Below the pieces are notes generated by a model. That model saw only the letters and a program-made list of their open reading frames with translations, was not told where the DNA came from and did no database searches. 64,000 bases of DNA, from the IMG/VR virus record IMGVR_UViG_3300037067_025869, positions 10,850 to 74,849 of that record, one strand, 5' to 3'. Shown here piece by piece: positions 1-10,275 of this stretch. Positions within the stretch are counted from its first letter, which is position 1. Each line of letters begins with the position of its first letter. A program made the position numbers and the translations under genes. This DNA comes from a virus (lineage: Duplodnaviria > Caudoviricetes).

Positions 1-1482
1 TCCGTTATTATAAAGAGTGTTTCCTGTAATTCCGATCTCATGTGCATTATGCAGATATATTCCGGCGGTATTGCAGTTTGCCAATGTATTATTTTGTAAA
101 AGAACATTTTCTGTACGGTCATCCAAATAGATTCCAAATGTCAAAATATCATCACCCGGAGAAGCCTCTGGATATCCCATTCCATTTAATACTATATTGC
201 TAGTTACTTTCTGGCCGGTGCATGCAGTGCCTGTCCCGACATATGTATAAATACCACCGCCATCATCCTTAATAAGATTAAAACCATTGACGAAGTTATT
301 GGATACAATAGTGTTATCACCAGCAAAATGAATACCGATATATCCAGTTTCCTCGATTATGTTATATTGTATTAGACTATTGTCCCCTCCGATATTTATT
401 GCATTATATGTTCCATCACCGCTATCTCCCATACCGATAAGAACCCCTGATTTCCTGATTGTATTTGATGTTACCGCGGCATAGGTGTGATCCCCCCTAA
501 GCGAGATCGCATTGCTGTTGCTGTTTGTGATTGTGTTGGAGGTAATTTTGCAATACGGTGATGTACCCCACCAAGGTCCGTAGATGGCAGTTCCTCCGGT
601 AAAGTTGATATTGCAGTTCTGGATGGTAATATAATCGGAGTTACGTACCTGAATCGCATTAACATTGGCCCCTTCAATTGTAAGGTTGTCGAAGGTGATA
701 TAGTTTTTATCGTCAAGGTAGGCAATCTCATCAATGGTGCTGACCTTTACAGTATAATTTGAAGGACTTGCGCTTCCAAAGTACATGTAAAAGTTTGAAC
801 CGTCGTAATACCATTCACCAGTTTGGTCGAGTGTTGAGAGGCTATTCTGTATGAAATATCCATATCCGTCGCTGGCACCGTAATATGAGCCGCTGGTGTA
901 ATATACAGTACTGCCCGAATGGGACGTAATGGCATTTCTGTCCCATATATATAAATTCTTTCTTATAACAATCTCAGCTCCTGTCCAATCAGGACTCGAT
1001 GACAATTGAGCATCATAAATGGAAGTATTCGAAGAATGGGAATCGATCGACATGTATCCCGAATTTGGCCATCTGCCCATAGGAGTATTTGCCCCGTTTA
1101 CGGTAATCATATTCGGATCAGATTCACATGAAAGCGATTTATAATAAATCCCTCCGCCATAATTAACCCAGCCGCTGATAGTCGTGAACCCGGTGATAAC
1201 CGGATTGTTCCCGGAGCCATAGGCACTTATTGTAATAGGACTCCCGGCTGATCCGGACCGGGAAATTGACAAAGAACCGTAAAAAGTTTCTCCGCGTTTA
1301 AAGAGAATCCTGTCGCCTGCGTTAAGATTTGCAAATTCTGAATTTACTTTGGAAATGCTTTCCCACGGAGTAGAGGATGAAAGCCCGGTTGAAGAATCAT
1401 TCCCTGCTGAGCTGACATAATAATCCGTAGCTGAAGCAACCATGGAAATGTAGAATAATAGCATCATCAATAATTTTCTCAT
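1..1482 (-). CDS. Secreted right-handed parallel beta-helix (pectate-lyase-like) protein, Bacteroidota type; truncated by the window edge
   Basis: Not in the ORF track because it runs off the left edge. Manual translation from ATG 1482: MRKLLMMLLFYISMVASATDYYVSSAGNDSSTGLSSSTPWESISKVN...AGDRILFKRGETFYG... with no stop to position 1. Sec signal peptide and many N-x-I beta-helix coils (SNTI, YNII, NNFV, NNTL). Visibly more GC-rich than the rest of the window. Confidence 0.85.
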   Translation of the reverse strand, partial: MRKLLMMLLFYISMVASATDYYVSSAGNDSSTGLSSSTPWESISKVNSEFANLNAGDRILFKRGETFYGSLSISRSGSAGSPITISAYGSGNNPVITGFTTISGWVNYGGGIYYKSLSCESDPNMITVNGANTPMGRWPNSGYMSIDSHSSNTSIYDAQLSSSPDWTGAEIVIRKNLYIWDRNAITSHSGSTVYYTSGSYYGASDGYGYFIQNSLSTLDQTGEWYYDGSNFYMYFGSASPSNYTVKVSTIDEIAYLDDKNYITFDNLTIEGANVNAIQVRNSDYITIQNCNINFTGGTAIYGPWWGTSPYCKITSNTITNSNSNAISLRGDHTYAAVTSNTIRKSGVLIGMGDSGDGTYNAINIGGDNSLIQYNIIEETGYIGIHFAGDNTIVSNNFVNGFNLIKDDGGGIYTYVGTGTACTGQKVTSNIVLNGMGYPEASPGDDILTFGIYLDDRTENVLLQNNTLANCNTAGIYLHNAHEIGITGNTLYNNG

Positions 1483-1524
1483 AGATCATATCATCGTGAT
1501 TTTAAATTCTAATGAAAAATTATT

Positions 1525-2382
1525 TTAAAGTTCTTCAGCTCCCGGTTCTTCTTCTGGTGGTAATGGTTCTGGTGGTTTTTTAGATTCTACCTCTTCCTGA
1601 GGTAGTAAAATAGTCGTTGGTTCTTCTTCTGTTTTAGGAACCGGAGCTCCAATAGGTTTAGTAATAAATATCTTCTTTCTTCCTCTTTGTATTTCTTCCT
1701 TGGGAACTATTTCTCCTATGTTTCGAAGTCTAGCTTCCGGGACTTTGAATAAAGCATTATCTGCTGTAGTTCGAGCATAAACTGATCCGTCATCCCCTAT
1801 TCTAATAATTTCAATCTGTATATTTTTACCATATCTATTGAGGTAATTTCTGACATCGCCAACCTGGAGCTCATCGATTGGTTCTTCATATTCGGGTTTA
1901 ATCGCGGTAACATCAATTGGCTTTGTCGGTTTTTCTTCTCTGCGAACTTTCTTAGCTTCCTTATCTTTGTCCTGAACAACTACAATAGGTCTTCCCTTCT
2001 CCTCATCTTTCTTGAGAACAATTTCTTTGCTTCTTTGAGAAACACTCCTCCAAGCCATTTTATCTAAATCAAAGAAAGTAGCTACTTTTGTAGAAGAAGG
2101 GCGTATTCCTTTTGGATGATCTTCTCGAGGAATATATTTCATCATAGTTGTTCCAGTAGCTGGACGGACTTCTCCATCCAACTTAATAAACTCAAAATTA
2201 ATAATTTTTTGGCGTAAAAGCTTTCTTAATTCCGGAATTGTGATGGGTTCTCCATATAAAAATTTCTCACATAAAAATTCTTTATAAAAAAAATCTACTA
2301 TTTCTTTATCCTCTAGGTTTTCACAAATTTTATTTCCGAAAAGCTCTTCAGTTAATATATTTTTTATAAGAAATTCTGTCAT
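1525..2382 (-). CDS. Phage SH3/Sm-like barrel (WYL_2-like) protein with Pro/Glu-rich tail
   Basis: FIKLDGEVRPATGT...VATFFDLDKMAWRS pattern resembles the small phage SH3-fold family; acidic low-complexity C-terminus. Confidence 0.6.
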   Translation of the reverse strand: MTEFLIKNILTEELFGNKICENLEDKEIVDFFYKEFLCEKFLYGEPITIPELRKLLRQKIINFEFIKLDGEVRPATGTTMMKYIPREDHPKGIRPSSTKVATFFDLDKMAWRSVSQRSKEIVLKKDEEKGRPIVVVQDKDKEAKKVRREEKPTKPIDVTAIKPEYEEPIDELQVGDVRNYLNRYGKNIQIEIIRIGDDGSVYARTTADNALFKVPEARLRNIGEIVPKEEIQRGRKKIFITKPIGAPVPKTEEEPTTILLPQEEVESKKPPEPLPPEEEPGAEEL

Positions 2383-2457
2383 CCGTTTATAAACGTTTTA
2401 TTATTTATTCAAGTTCGGGATTTAACCCTCTTCCGAAATTTGAACTTTATTTTACTA

Positions 2458-3258
2458 TCATACAAATAATTTAGCCCCTATTTTTTCTTCAGCTCTTTCA
2501 ATATATTTTTGATAGTTTGGGTTCTTTAAAGATTTTTGTATTGCAATAATTTCTTCTTCAGAAGGAATTTTTAATTGATCTTTTTCCTTTAATACTGTAT
2601 CAGTTACAATTCCTAAGTGAAAATATGCTATTTTAGGATGCCCAGCAACCTGCCCAATTTCTAGGCATCTAATAACCCGCACGTCATTTCCTATCAAAAG
2701 AGGTTTATCCGTAATGCCCTTAAATGCAAGAATACGATGAAAATTATCATTATCATTTATAACTAGTATTTGGCCGGGCCTCCATCCAAATAATTTTTCC
2801 TTAATCTCTCTTTCTGATGATGATCTTTTAAATTCCATCGCTTCATTGAGTGAAGGAACTAATCCAGTCTCCTCTGCTATTTTTTCCAGATATTTAGGCA
2901 ATTCGGAAAGGGCTTTTCGAACTTTGTCAATTTCTTCATTAGTCAATCCTCTTTTTCCCTCAGCCCAGAGATCAGTTATTCCAAAAACTTTCGCACTTCG
3001 AACTAAAAAATGGTTTAATTTTCCATCCTTTCGAAAAAGCGCCCCAATATAGCAAACAGCAATTGGAATCCCATCCCCCTCTAAATCATCCTCTCTTGCT
3101 CTTTTGATAAACATATAAACTTCTTTATATGGTTTATTCTTTGCCCAGGGTTCATCATAAGTAATTAATTGGCCTGGTCTAAATCCTACTAATCTGTCTT
3201 TAATCTCTCTAGAAGAAAGACCTCGTTGGAAGTTGATACTTTCTCGAACCATTCCCAT
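2458..3258 (-). CDS. Hypothetical protein made of two tandem ~130-aa modules
   Basis: ESINFQRGLSSREIKDRLVGFRPGQLI is repeated as EAMEFKRSSSEREIKEKLFGWRPGQIL; both repeats end in similar EEI...KY(L/I)E helices. Confidence 0.75.
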   Translation of the reverse strand: MGMVRESINFQRGLSSREIKDRLVGFRPGQLITYDEPWAKNKPYKEVYMFIKRAREDDLEGDGIPIAVCYIGALFRKDGKLNHFLVRSAKVFGITDLWAEGKRGLTNEEIDKVRKALSELPKYLEKIAEETGLVPSLNEAMEFKRSSSEREIKEKLFGWRPGQILVINDNDNFHRILAFKGITDKPLLIGNDVRVIRCLEIGQVAGHPKIAYFHLGIVTDTVLKEKDQLKIPSEEEIIAIQKSLKNPNYQKYIERAEEKIGAKLFV

Positions 3259-3259
3259 T

Positions 3260-3955
3260 TTATTCTGTTGTTTCCCCGCCGAATTTTTCCGAACTTTCTT
3301 CAGCTTCTTCTTTGGTTTTAAAACTTATTCCATCCTGATGATTTGGAGGGGAATAAAGAGTATATAATTTTAAAGCTCCTTCGCCGGTATTAATAATATT
3401 ATGCTTAGAACCTGCAGGAACGATTATACCACTTCCATCTTCAACATCATATTCTTCATCATTAATAATGACTGTTCCTTCTCCCTCTTCAAATCTAAAA
3501 AATTGATCAATATCAGAATGAACTTCTTCCCCGATGTCTTCTCCTGGTTGTAAGATCATCAATACAAGCTGAAGATTCCCACTTGTATACAATACTCTTC
3601 GAAAATCTTCATTTTCTAGGGTAGCTTCTTCGATATTTTCGTGGAATCCTTTTTTAGCTGATCCGTCTTTTGATGTTTTATCTTCAGTAGGTTCATCCTC
3701 GCTAGATTCTTCTCTAGCCATATTATAAATATATTCTTCTACTTCTTCTGCTTCAATACCCATTTCATCTGCAAGATTATGAATATCTTCGTCTTCAAAA
3801 CCCCCCTGATATTCGGAAACAAAAGCTTCGATTGCTTTCTTTTGCGCTGAAGTAAATTTGATTTCATCTACTTCGGGTTTTCCATCTATTTGTTCATCCT
3901 CGACAAATACCTCCGATAGAAATTCTTGCAAATTTTCATTGACAATTTTTTTCAT
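3260..3955 (-). CDS. Cupin-domain protein with acidic N-terminal extension
   Basis: C-terminal IEEATLENEDFRRVLYTSGNLQLVLMILQPGEDIGEEVHSDIDQFFRFEEGEG...HNIIN is a typical bacterial cupin_2; N-terminal ~105 aa is acidic with VNE/LQE/LSE motifs. Confidence 0.85.
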   Translation of the reverse strand: MKKIVNENLQEFLSEVFVEDEQIDGKPEVDEIKFTSAQKKAIEAFVSEYQGGFEDEDIHNLADEMGIEAEEVEEYIYNMAREESSEDEPTEDKTSKDGSAKKGFHENIEEATLENEDFRRVLYTSGNLQLVLMILQPGEDIGEEVHSDIDQFFRFEEGEGTVIINDEEYDVEDGSGIIVPAGSKHNIINTGEGALKLYTLYSPPNHQDGISFKTKEEAEESSEKFGGETTE

Positions 3956-3970
3956 AATTATGCTATATTT

Positions 3971-3983
3971 TATTTATATATTC
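3971..3983 (-). promoter_or_regulatory. Putative late promoter GAATATATAAATA (contains the T4 late -10 TATAAATA)
   Basis: 16 nt upstream of the cupin-fusion ATG; the same motif recurs upstream of many virion-type genes. Confidence 0.55.
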
Positions 3984-3988
3984 CAATA

Positions 3989-4015
3989 AAAAAACGGGTG
4001 TTTATCCCGTTTTTT
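3989..4015. terminator. Bidirectional intrinsic terminator
   Basis: AAAAAACGGG-TGTTTAT-CCCGTTTTTT hairpin just downstream of nrdJ. Confidence 0.75.
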
Positions 4016-4039
4016 AATAGATCCCTTTTATAAAGAGCA

Positions 4040-6631
4040 TTAATTGCATTTTGAATATCCGCAATTTTTACATGAGCTACATCCAGACTCTTTTATTAGA
4101 GGTTTTCCACATTCCGGGCATACCTCTCCAATAATTTCTTCTATAATATACTTAGAAAGGCATCTTCTAATAACTGATGAAAAAGAAGTAATATTTTCAT
4201 CTATTTTAGTAATAATATGATTAACATATCGAATTGGAGCACCGTGTCTTAAAAGCATCGAAGCAGATAGTGTTAATGTTTTTTCTTCAATCCTACTTGA
4301 AGTTAAATTGATATCTCCTATTTCAAATTCTCCATTAATAAATTTATATTGCCCCTTTTTGAGTTTAATTATTTTTCCGCGGGTATTTTTTAACACAGGG
4401 GGGTTTTCAAAAGCAAATACTTCATAAGGGCGATTAGTTCCCGGCCATAATCCAACTATGACAGCAAATTTTATTCCTTTTGCAGTTACGGCATAATAAT
4501 CTGCTTCAAGAACACGCGGTCTCTTGGGAGCAGTAGTTTCTTTAAATTCGGATTCATCTTTTTCTTTCTTTGATAAAAGAACACCTGCTCTTGACCCCTC
4601 CCTGTAGATTGTTAATCCTTTGCAGCCTGCTTTCCATCCCTGAAAATAAATATCATTAACCTCTTTTATACTTATCTTTTCAGGAAGATTGTGTGTTACT
4701 GAGATCGAATGATCTATCCACTTTTGAATAGCCCCCTGCATGTGAACTTTTTCAAGATAATCAATATTATGCGATTCAGCTCCGGCCCAAGGGGATTCTT
4801 TTATTAATTCATTAAGAGTTTCTTCTGGAAGGGATTTAAATTTTGCTAATACCTCTTCAAATGACAAATTCTCAGAAACTTGTCCCCCCCTATCCATTAA
4901 TTCCTGCAAATTTTTAATCTTATGCTGAATATACCAATCAATAAATGGATAATGAATGACATTGTATTCTTCAAAGGAATCCCCGTTATCGTCAACAAAT
5001 GAAACTTTAACCCCCTTCTCACCGGGATTAACTTTTCTTCTTCTACGATAATAAACCTTGAAAACAGGTTCTATACCTGATGTTGTTTGCGATAAAATAG
5101 CTAATGATCCTGTAGGAGCAACAGTTAAATTAGCAATATTTCTACGCCCGAATTTTAAATAATCATCATATTCTTTATTATCGAAATTTTGACCAATGAC
5201 TCTCCTAATAAATGGGTTTAAAGATTCTTTATCAACATTCCAGATCGGGAAACATCCCCTTTCTTTAGCAAGATTTATACTTTCCCTATAAGAATTAATA
5301 GCTATAACCTTATGAATTTGTTCGGCTAATTCCGTAGCCTCTGAGGTTCCGTACTTAATTCCGAGAGCTGCAAACATATCGCCAAGCCCCAAAATACCTA
5401 CTCCTGTACGTCTTCCATTGCGAAGAAATTTAAGTATTTTTGTCCATACTTCTTTTTCGGTTCTTTTAAATTCTTCAGGCTCCTTATCATTAGTGATTTT
5501 ATTTAATATTTGAAGTATTTTCTCTTCCTCTGCATCAATAACATCATCCATAAATCTTTGAGCATATTTTGCCCTCTTTGCAAGTTCTGCCCAATCGATT
5601 CTTGCATCTTTTGTAAATGGATTTTCAACGATGGTATAAAGATTAATACTGCCTAACCTGCAGCTATCGTAGGGGGATAATGGTAATTCTCCGCAAGGGT
5701 TGGTTCCCAATGTTCTGAAACCCATGTCATTATACATATCGGCTGGGGATTCTTTCAATATATTATCCCAAAATAATACCCCCGGCTCTGCGTTCTTGTG
5801 TGCTTGTTTTATTATAGCATTCCAAATCTCCCTTGCTTTTACCCTACGAACATAGCATCCTTCTTCGGTTCTATAAAGTTTATTGTAAATATATTTTTCA
5901 AAAACTTTTGGCTGAATAGATTCTGCTGGCCACCGAAGAAGATAATCTTCATCTCGTTCGACAGCGGTCATAAATTCATCTGTAATCTTTACTGAAACAT
6001 TAGCTCCGGTTACTTTTGTAAGATCCTCCTTTTTCATGATAAAATCCATGATATCTGGGTGGTTGACATGACAAGTTATCATAAGGGCCCCCCTTCTACC
6101 ATCTTGAGCAACCTCTCTTGTAGAATTAGAATACCGCTCCATAAAAGAGGTAGCTCCAGTTGAAGATTGAGCAGCATTGTTTACAGAAGCGGTTGCAGGG
6201 CGAAGATGTTCAAGAGTTATTCCGACCCCTCCTCTTCTTTTCATAAGTTGGACAATGGATTCGTCAATATTGAATATGCCTCCATATGAATCTGAGCCAT
6301 TATCAATAAAAAAACAATTTCCTAATGAAGATATTTGCCCGGTATTTCCTAATCCAAATTGGATTGACCCGCCAAATATAAATTTCTTAAAGTTTTTTAA
6401 AGAGTCATATATTTCTTCATAGGGTAGGGGGTTGGGATATTTTTGTTCGATCCTGTAGATTTCTTTTGCTAATCTTCGAATCGTATCATCCGGGGTTAAT
6501 TCTAGGTAATAATTTTCATTTTTTAATTTTAATGCGTATTTTTTTATCCATACATTCGTTGCTAACAAATCCTGCTGAAAATATTTTAATCCAGCCTCCT
6601 TTAATTGATCCTCCGTATACTTATTTTCCAT
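4040..6631 (-). CDS. nrdJ: Class II (adenosylcobalamin-dependent) ribonucleotide reductase
   Basis: LGNCF, TNPCGELPL active-site motif, APTGSL, C-terminal TSCPD-like domain and CPECG...CSSCKNCGYSKC zinc ribbon; N-terminus (YFQQDLLATNVWIKKYALK) resembles Bacteroidetes NrdJ. No intein seen. Confidence 0.93.
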   Translation of the reverse strand: MENKYTEDQLKEAGLKYFQQDLLATNVWIKKYALKLKNENYYLELTPDDTIRRLAKEIYRIEQKYPNPLPYEEIYDSLKNFKKFIFGGSIQFGLGNTGQISSLGNCFFIDNGSDSYGGIFNIDESIVQLMKRRGGVGITLEHLRPATASVNNAAQSSTGATSFMERYSNSTREVAQDGRRGALMITCHVNHPDIMDFIMKKEDLTKVTGANVSVKITDEFMTAVERDEDYLLRWPAESIQPKVFEKYIYNKLYRTEEGCYVRRVKAREIWNAIIKQAHKNAEPGVLFWDNILKESPADMYNDMGFRTLGTNPCGELPLSPYDSCRLGSINLYTIVENPFTKDARIDWAELAKRAKYAQRFMDDVIDAEEEKILQILNKITNDKEPEEFKRTEKEVWTKILKFLRNGRRTGVGILGLGDMFAALGIKYGTSEATELAEQIHKVIAINSYRESINLAKERGCFPIWNVDKESLNPFIRRVIGQNFDNKEYDDYLKFGRRNIANLTVAPTGSLAILSQTTSGIEPVFKVYYRRRRKVNPGEKGVKVSFVDDNGDSFEEYNVIHYPFIDWYIQHKIKNLQELMDRGGQVSENLSFEEVLAKFKSLPEETLNELIKESPWAGAESHNIDYLEKVHMQGAIQKWIDHSISVTHNLPEKISIKEVNDIYFQGWKAGCKGLTIYREGSRAGVLLSKKEKDESEFKETTAPKRPRVLEADYYAVTAKGIKFAVIVGLWPGTNRPYEVFAFENPPVLKNTRGKIIKLKKGQYKFINGEFEIGDINLTSSRIEEKTLTLSASMLLRHGAPIRYVNHIITKIDENITSFSSVIRRCLSKYIIEEIIGEVCPECGKPLIKESGCSSCKNCGYSKCN

Positions 6632-6705
6632 TAAACATATTTTATTTTTATTATTTTTATCTCATTTTAAGCAAGTTATATATCCATTTTTAACGGTTTT
6701 CGATA

Positions 6706-8358
6706 TTAAGAAGAAAAATTATAATTTTTTTTATATTTTAAATTGCCAGAGTCAAAAGCTCTAATGAATCCTTTTTCGTGCATTATTTCTATCTCAGTTT
6801 TCTGTTTATTTGATTCATTTATAATTTTATCTTTCCTATAAGAAAACCTATGCTTTCTACATCCATTTATAATCCAGTAATAGCCTGGGTCACATTCTTT
6901 TTCCTTTTTAAATCCTATTTTCTCATAAAATTTTCCATTAGAATAATCTCTTTTAGCATAAGTTATAATACAATTTGGTTTATAAGTTTTTTCAAAATAT
7001 GTTAATATTTTTGAAGCACCCCCGACAATTACGGTATTTAGAGCAGAACAAAATCGATGAAGTTCGTAATTTCCTTCCGCATATTTTGAACCTAAAGAAA
7101 TTCTATTTTTTCCGAATCCCATTACCGAAACCAATTGATCTGAATAGAAAAGCCCGATTTTAATAGAAGAATTTATAGCTCCTTGTAAATGGTTTTTTAT
7201 TAAAAATTCTTTATATTCATAAGACCCTATTTCTCTAATATAAGTTTTCCTTGCGAAAATTATATTTTCAGTTTTATTTAATTTATTAGAAATTAAAGAT
7301 TTAATTATTTCTTTTTTATTATAAAAATCGTCTTCCCATATTTGAATTAACTGTATTCCCCTTTCCTCGCATTTTTTTAATTTATTTAAATGATATTTTT
7401 TATTTTTATAAATTTCAGAATGCCAGTAAATGCCATTTAGTTCAATAGCTAAATTAAATTCCGGAATAAAAAAATCTATTTCTTCTGGCTTTATAATTAA
7501 TCTGTCATTTTTAAGATAATTTATTTTTAGATCTCTTAAAATTTCTTCAAATTCGCTTTCAAACGAAGAAAATGAATTTAAAGGATTACATATAGGACAA
7601 ATTACGCCATTTCTGTTTCGAGCAGCTCTATTATAAAAAGTTATAGCATCTATTTTGAACTCAGGATGCTTTTCACATGCATTAAAAATTTTCAAAGAAT
7701 TTGTATCCAAATACTCTACTTTATAACCCTTTACACACCACTGATTAATAGAGTTTTCTTTTTTATTTTTCCCGTTATCTCTATATTCTTTTAATGAAAA
7801 TATATTTCTTACCCCATATTTTACTAATAACGTATTTTCGGCTTTTTCTTTTATCTCCTTTATTTCGAATGGAGATTTAACATTTATCCCATACTTTTTA
7901 TAGAGAGTTTTATTTCTTTTCTTTTTAATGAAATCCCCATTTTCTGAATAAATTTTTTTTAAGGATTTAGAAACCGATAAACTATTTTTATTTATAATCT
8001 CTGGATCTTTATTAGCGCATGATCGGGAACAATAAATCCCATAATTATATTTAAATTTTAGAGGGGTTTTACAAATTTTACAAAGAGGGCGTGTTGATAA
8101 GTCATGGGTTAAACAATATATTTTCTCCTGTAAAGAAAAAGATGAATCAAAAGAGGAATTTATGAAATCCCATAAATCATATTTCAAGAGAAATTTTTTA
8201 TTTGTTCTAGAAGGAATAATTAATTTTTTTCCATTTAATAGCAAAGACTTAATTCTATCAATCATACGAGCATTTTCTCTATATATCCCTTTACTATGAG
8301 AGGGATTTAGATATTTTATTTTCTCTTTCCTTAAGTATTTTTTGTAATTCAATAGCAT
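6706..8358 (-). mobile_element. Free-standing Hef-like endonuclease (variable DNA-binding N-terminus + PD-(D/E)xK nuclease + GNAT-like C-domain), copy 1
   Basis: EIDFFIPEFNLAIELNGIYWHSE...IQIWEDD, followed by FARKT...NHLQG...YELHRFC...GGASK...SNGKFYEKIGF; same module as 47480..49048 and 50372..51877. Confidence 0.8.
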
Positions 8359-9742
8359 CTAATTCAGCATCCTTAGCCTTTTTCTGAGCTTTCTTCCTCT
8401 GAGCATAATAATCTGTTAAGATCTCTGGGAGCAATGGTTCATAAGACGCATCAAAAACTGCGCCAGAAGAACACTTTACCCGCTTATCATTCGCTTTATA
8501 ATTTTTATCTTTTGTAATAAAATTCTCAATAGAAATTTTAAATTGTCTCATTATAGTAGGATACAGAGAATTAAAATCAAAGGATCCTACCCATCCATAT
8601 AAATCTGGAGTGGGATTAAATACAAAAGCTCCTTCATAAGATTCTCTCGTTCTCTCTCTCCTTTCTTGGGGAAATACCAAATTTCTACCATAAGCATATC
8701 TAGCTGCAATAGCTTCAAGCATGTATATCGGGGAAAAAGCATTCATGGCTTCAACCCTTGTAATATTGCTTAATCCTAGAAAGATACCAAGAGTTTTAAG
8801 TTTATAATGAATCTGTTCTACAAGTATAGAATCTATTGCATTATAAAAAACATATTGATCAAAATCCTTATTATATTGTTCGGAAAAAGATCCAGGGTAT
8901 TTAACTTTAGTAACCCCAAGAGTTGCTTCAGCTGTAAAATCTAAAGACATGTTTTCTTTTGGATCAATTACTCGATCCCATTTTTTATAGATCTCCATAT
9001 AGTCTACAATAAGCTTATGCTGGGGGAGAAGAATATCAACCCTTTCATTTTTATCCATAATCTTATGTTTATACCATTGTTTGGTCGGGCTCATCCAAGA
9101 AATGTCTATATGTAATAGATGACAACGATTAGAGATGTATCTCCAGTCATAATTCCAAAAATTCCATCCAATAATAAGGGGGGCATGACGTGCATAATTA
9201 TAAAGGAAATCATAAAGCATATCTGCTTCGTTATTGAATTGCTTATAAACAAAAGAATATCGGATACCCAATTTTTCTAAGTGTTTATTGATATTTGATT
9301 CAATTTTATCAATCTCAGGAGCCGATAAAGGTTTTAATCCAAAAACAATGACTTGATCTTTATGACTCCATGAAATGGTATTAATTCGACTCATTGCATC
9401 TCTTGGCTCAGCAAATCCGCTATCTTCATCAACATCTACTTCAATATCACATGAATAAGCATTGGGTTTGTTCATCTCAAATAATGGGCCAACCAATTCT
9501 TCCCCTGCATCTACAAAAAATTCCTGTATTCTGTATCGGGAAAGAAACTCACTCGGAGTTTTTCTGACTGGACGATTATCCCAAGACCTCACTTTTGGGT
9601 CAGATCCGGATTGTGATCTAGAATAAGTATAAATATATTGATGAGATGGAGGAATATTTAACTGCATAAAAGAAATATTTCCTTCCTTGTTGATATAAGA
9701 AACAATTAATTTTCCGTGTCTTTGTTCGATATTAATTATCAT
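8294..9742 (-). CDS. polB: Family-B DNA polymerase, N-terminal subunit only (3'-5' exonuclease + motif A)
   Basis: Exo I CDIEVD, Exo II GWNFWNYDWRY, Exo III YNAIDS, motif A SFDFNSLYPTIM. The ORF stops in the fingers helix; motif B (KxxxNSxYG) and motif C (YxDTDS) are absent. Confidence 0.88.
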   Translation of the reverse strand: MIINIEQRHGKLIVSYINKEGNISFMQLNIPPSHQYIYTYSRSQSGSDPKVRSWDNRPVRKTPSEFLSRYRIQEFFVDAGEELVGPLFEMNKPNAYSCDIEVDVDEDSGFAEPRDAMSRINTISWSHKDQVIVFGLKPLSAPEIDKIESNINKHLEKLGIRYSFVYKQFNNEADMLYDFLYNYARHAPLIIGWNFWNYDWRYISNRCHLLHIDISWMSPTKQWYKHKIMDKNERVDILLPQHKLIVDYMEIYKKWDRVIDPKENMSLDFTAEATLGVTKVKYPGSFSEQYNKDFDQYVFYNAIDSILVEQIHYKLKTLGIFLGLSNITRVEAMNAFSPIYMLEAIAARYAYGRNLVFPQERRERTRESYEGAFVFNPTPDLYGWVGSFDFNSLYPTIMRQFKISIENFITKDKNYKANDKRVKCSSGAVFDASYEPLLPEILTDYYAQRKKAQKKAKDAELDAIELQKILKERENKISKSLS

Positions 9743-10181
9743 TTTTATTTTTTATTTTATTTCGATTTTTATAAGCTCCATTTTCCCAAGCTTTATGAAT
9801 TTTATTTGTATTTCCTATTTTAGATATTGATATATTTTTCTTGGCTTCTTCTGACAAAATCATTCCTAATCCGCCATCTCCTCCTTTTGTCATATTATAT
9901 CCATATTCTGATAAATTCGTTTTGTCTTTATCAATCCAATAAGTTTCTCTTTCGCATAAAATTTTATGTAACTCTATTTTATTATCTGCTATATGTTCTT
10001 CAATAAGCTCCCATAAAATCTTTTCCCATCCATATTTTTTGATTGCGGAATAAAAACTGCATTTTCTTCCTTTCAAAAAAGAATATCTATGTTTGATTTT
10101 TCGTTCCTCGAATCCCAAAGATGAATATCCATAATATTTTTTACCTGAAGGCGATGTAGCACAATAAATTATACCTTTCAT
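9732..10181 (-). mobile_element. GIY-YIG homing endonuclease with short NUMOD3-like tail
   Basis: GIIYCATSPSGKKYYGYS...RKIKH...AIKKYG...ERETYWI...GYNMTKGGDG...SEEAKKNIS; overlaps the polB start. Confidence 0.85.
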
Positions 10182-10235
10182 CTTAATTATTTTATATGCG
10201 GGGGGAGGGGAAGAGTTTATATAAAAACGTTAAAT

Positions 10236-10257
10236 AAAAAAGACCCCTCGCGGAGCC
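10236..10257 (-). terminator. Intrinsic terminator with GNRA loop
   Basis: Minus strand GGCTCC-GCGA-GGGGTC followed by TTTTTT. Confidence 0.6.
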
Positions 10258-10275
10258 AGTTTTGCATGGAGATTT

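Noticed and set aside
471-935. Track ORFs 471..734 and 747..935 (-)
   Set aside because: They are alternative frames inside the long open beta-helix gene 1..1482.
6632-8358. Hef-like ORF as a group I intron or intein within polB
   Set aside because: No downstream polymerase exon fits before nrdJ, and there are no intein motifs at the polB end.
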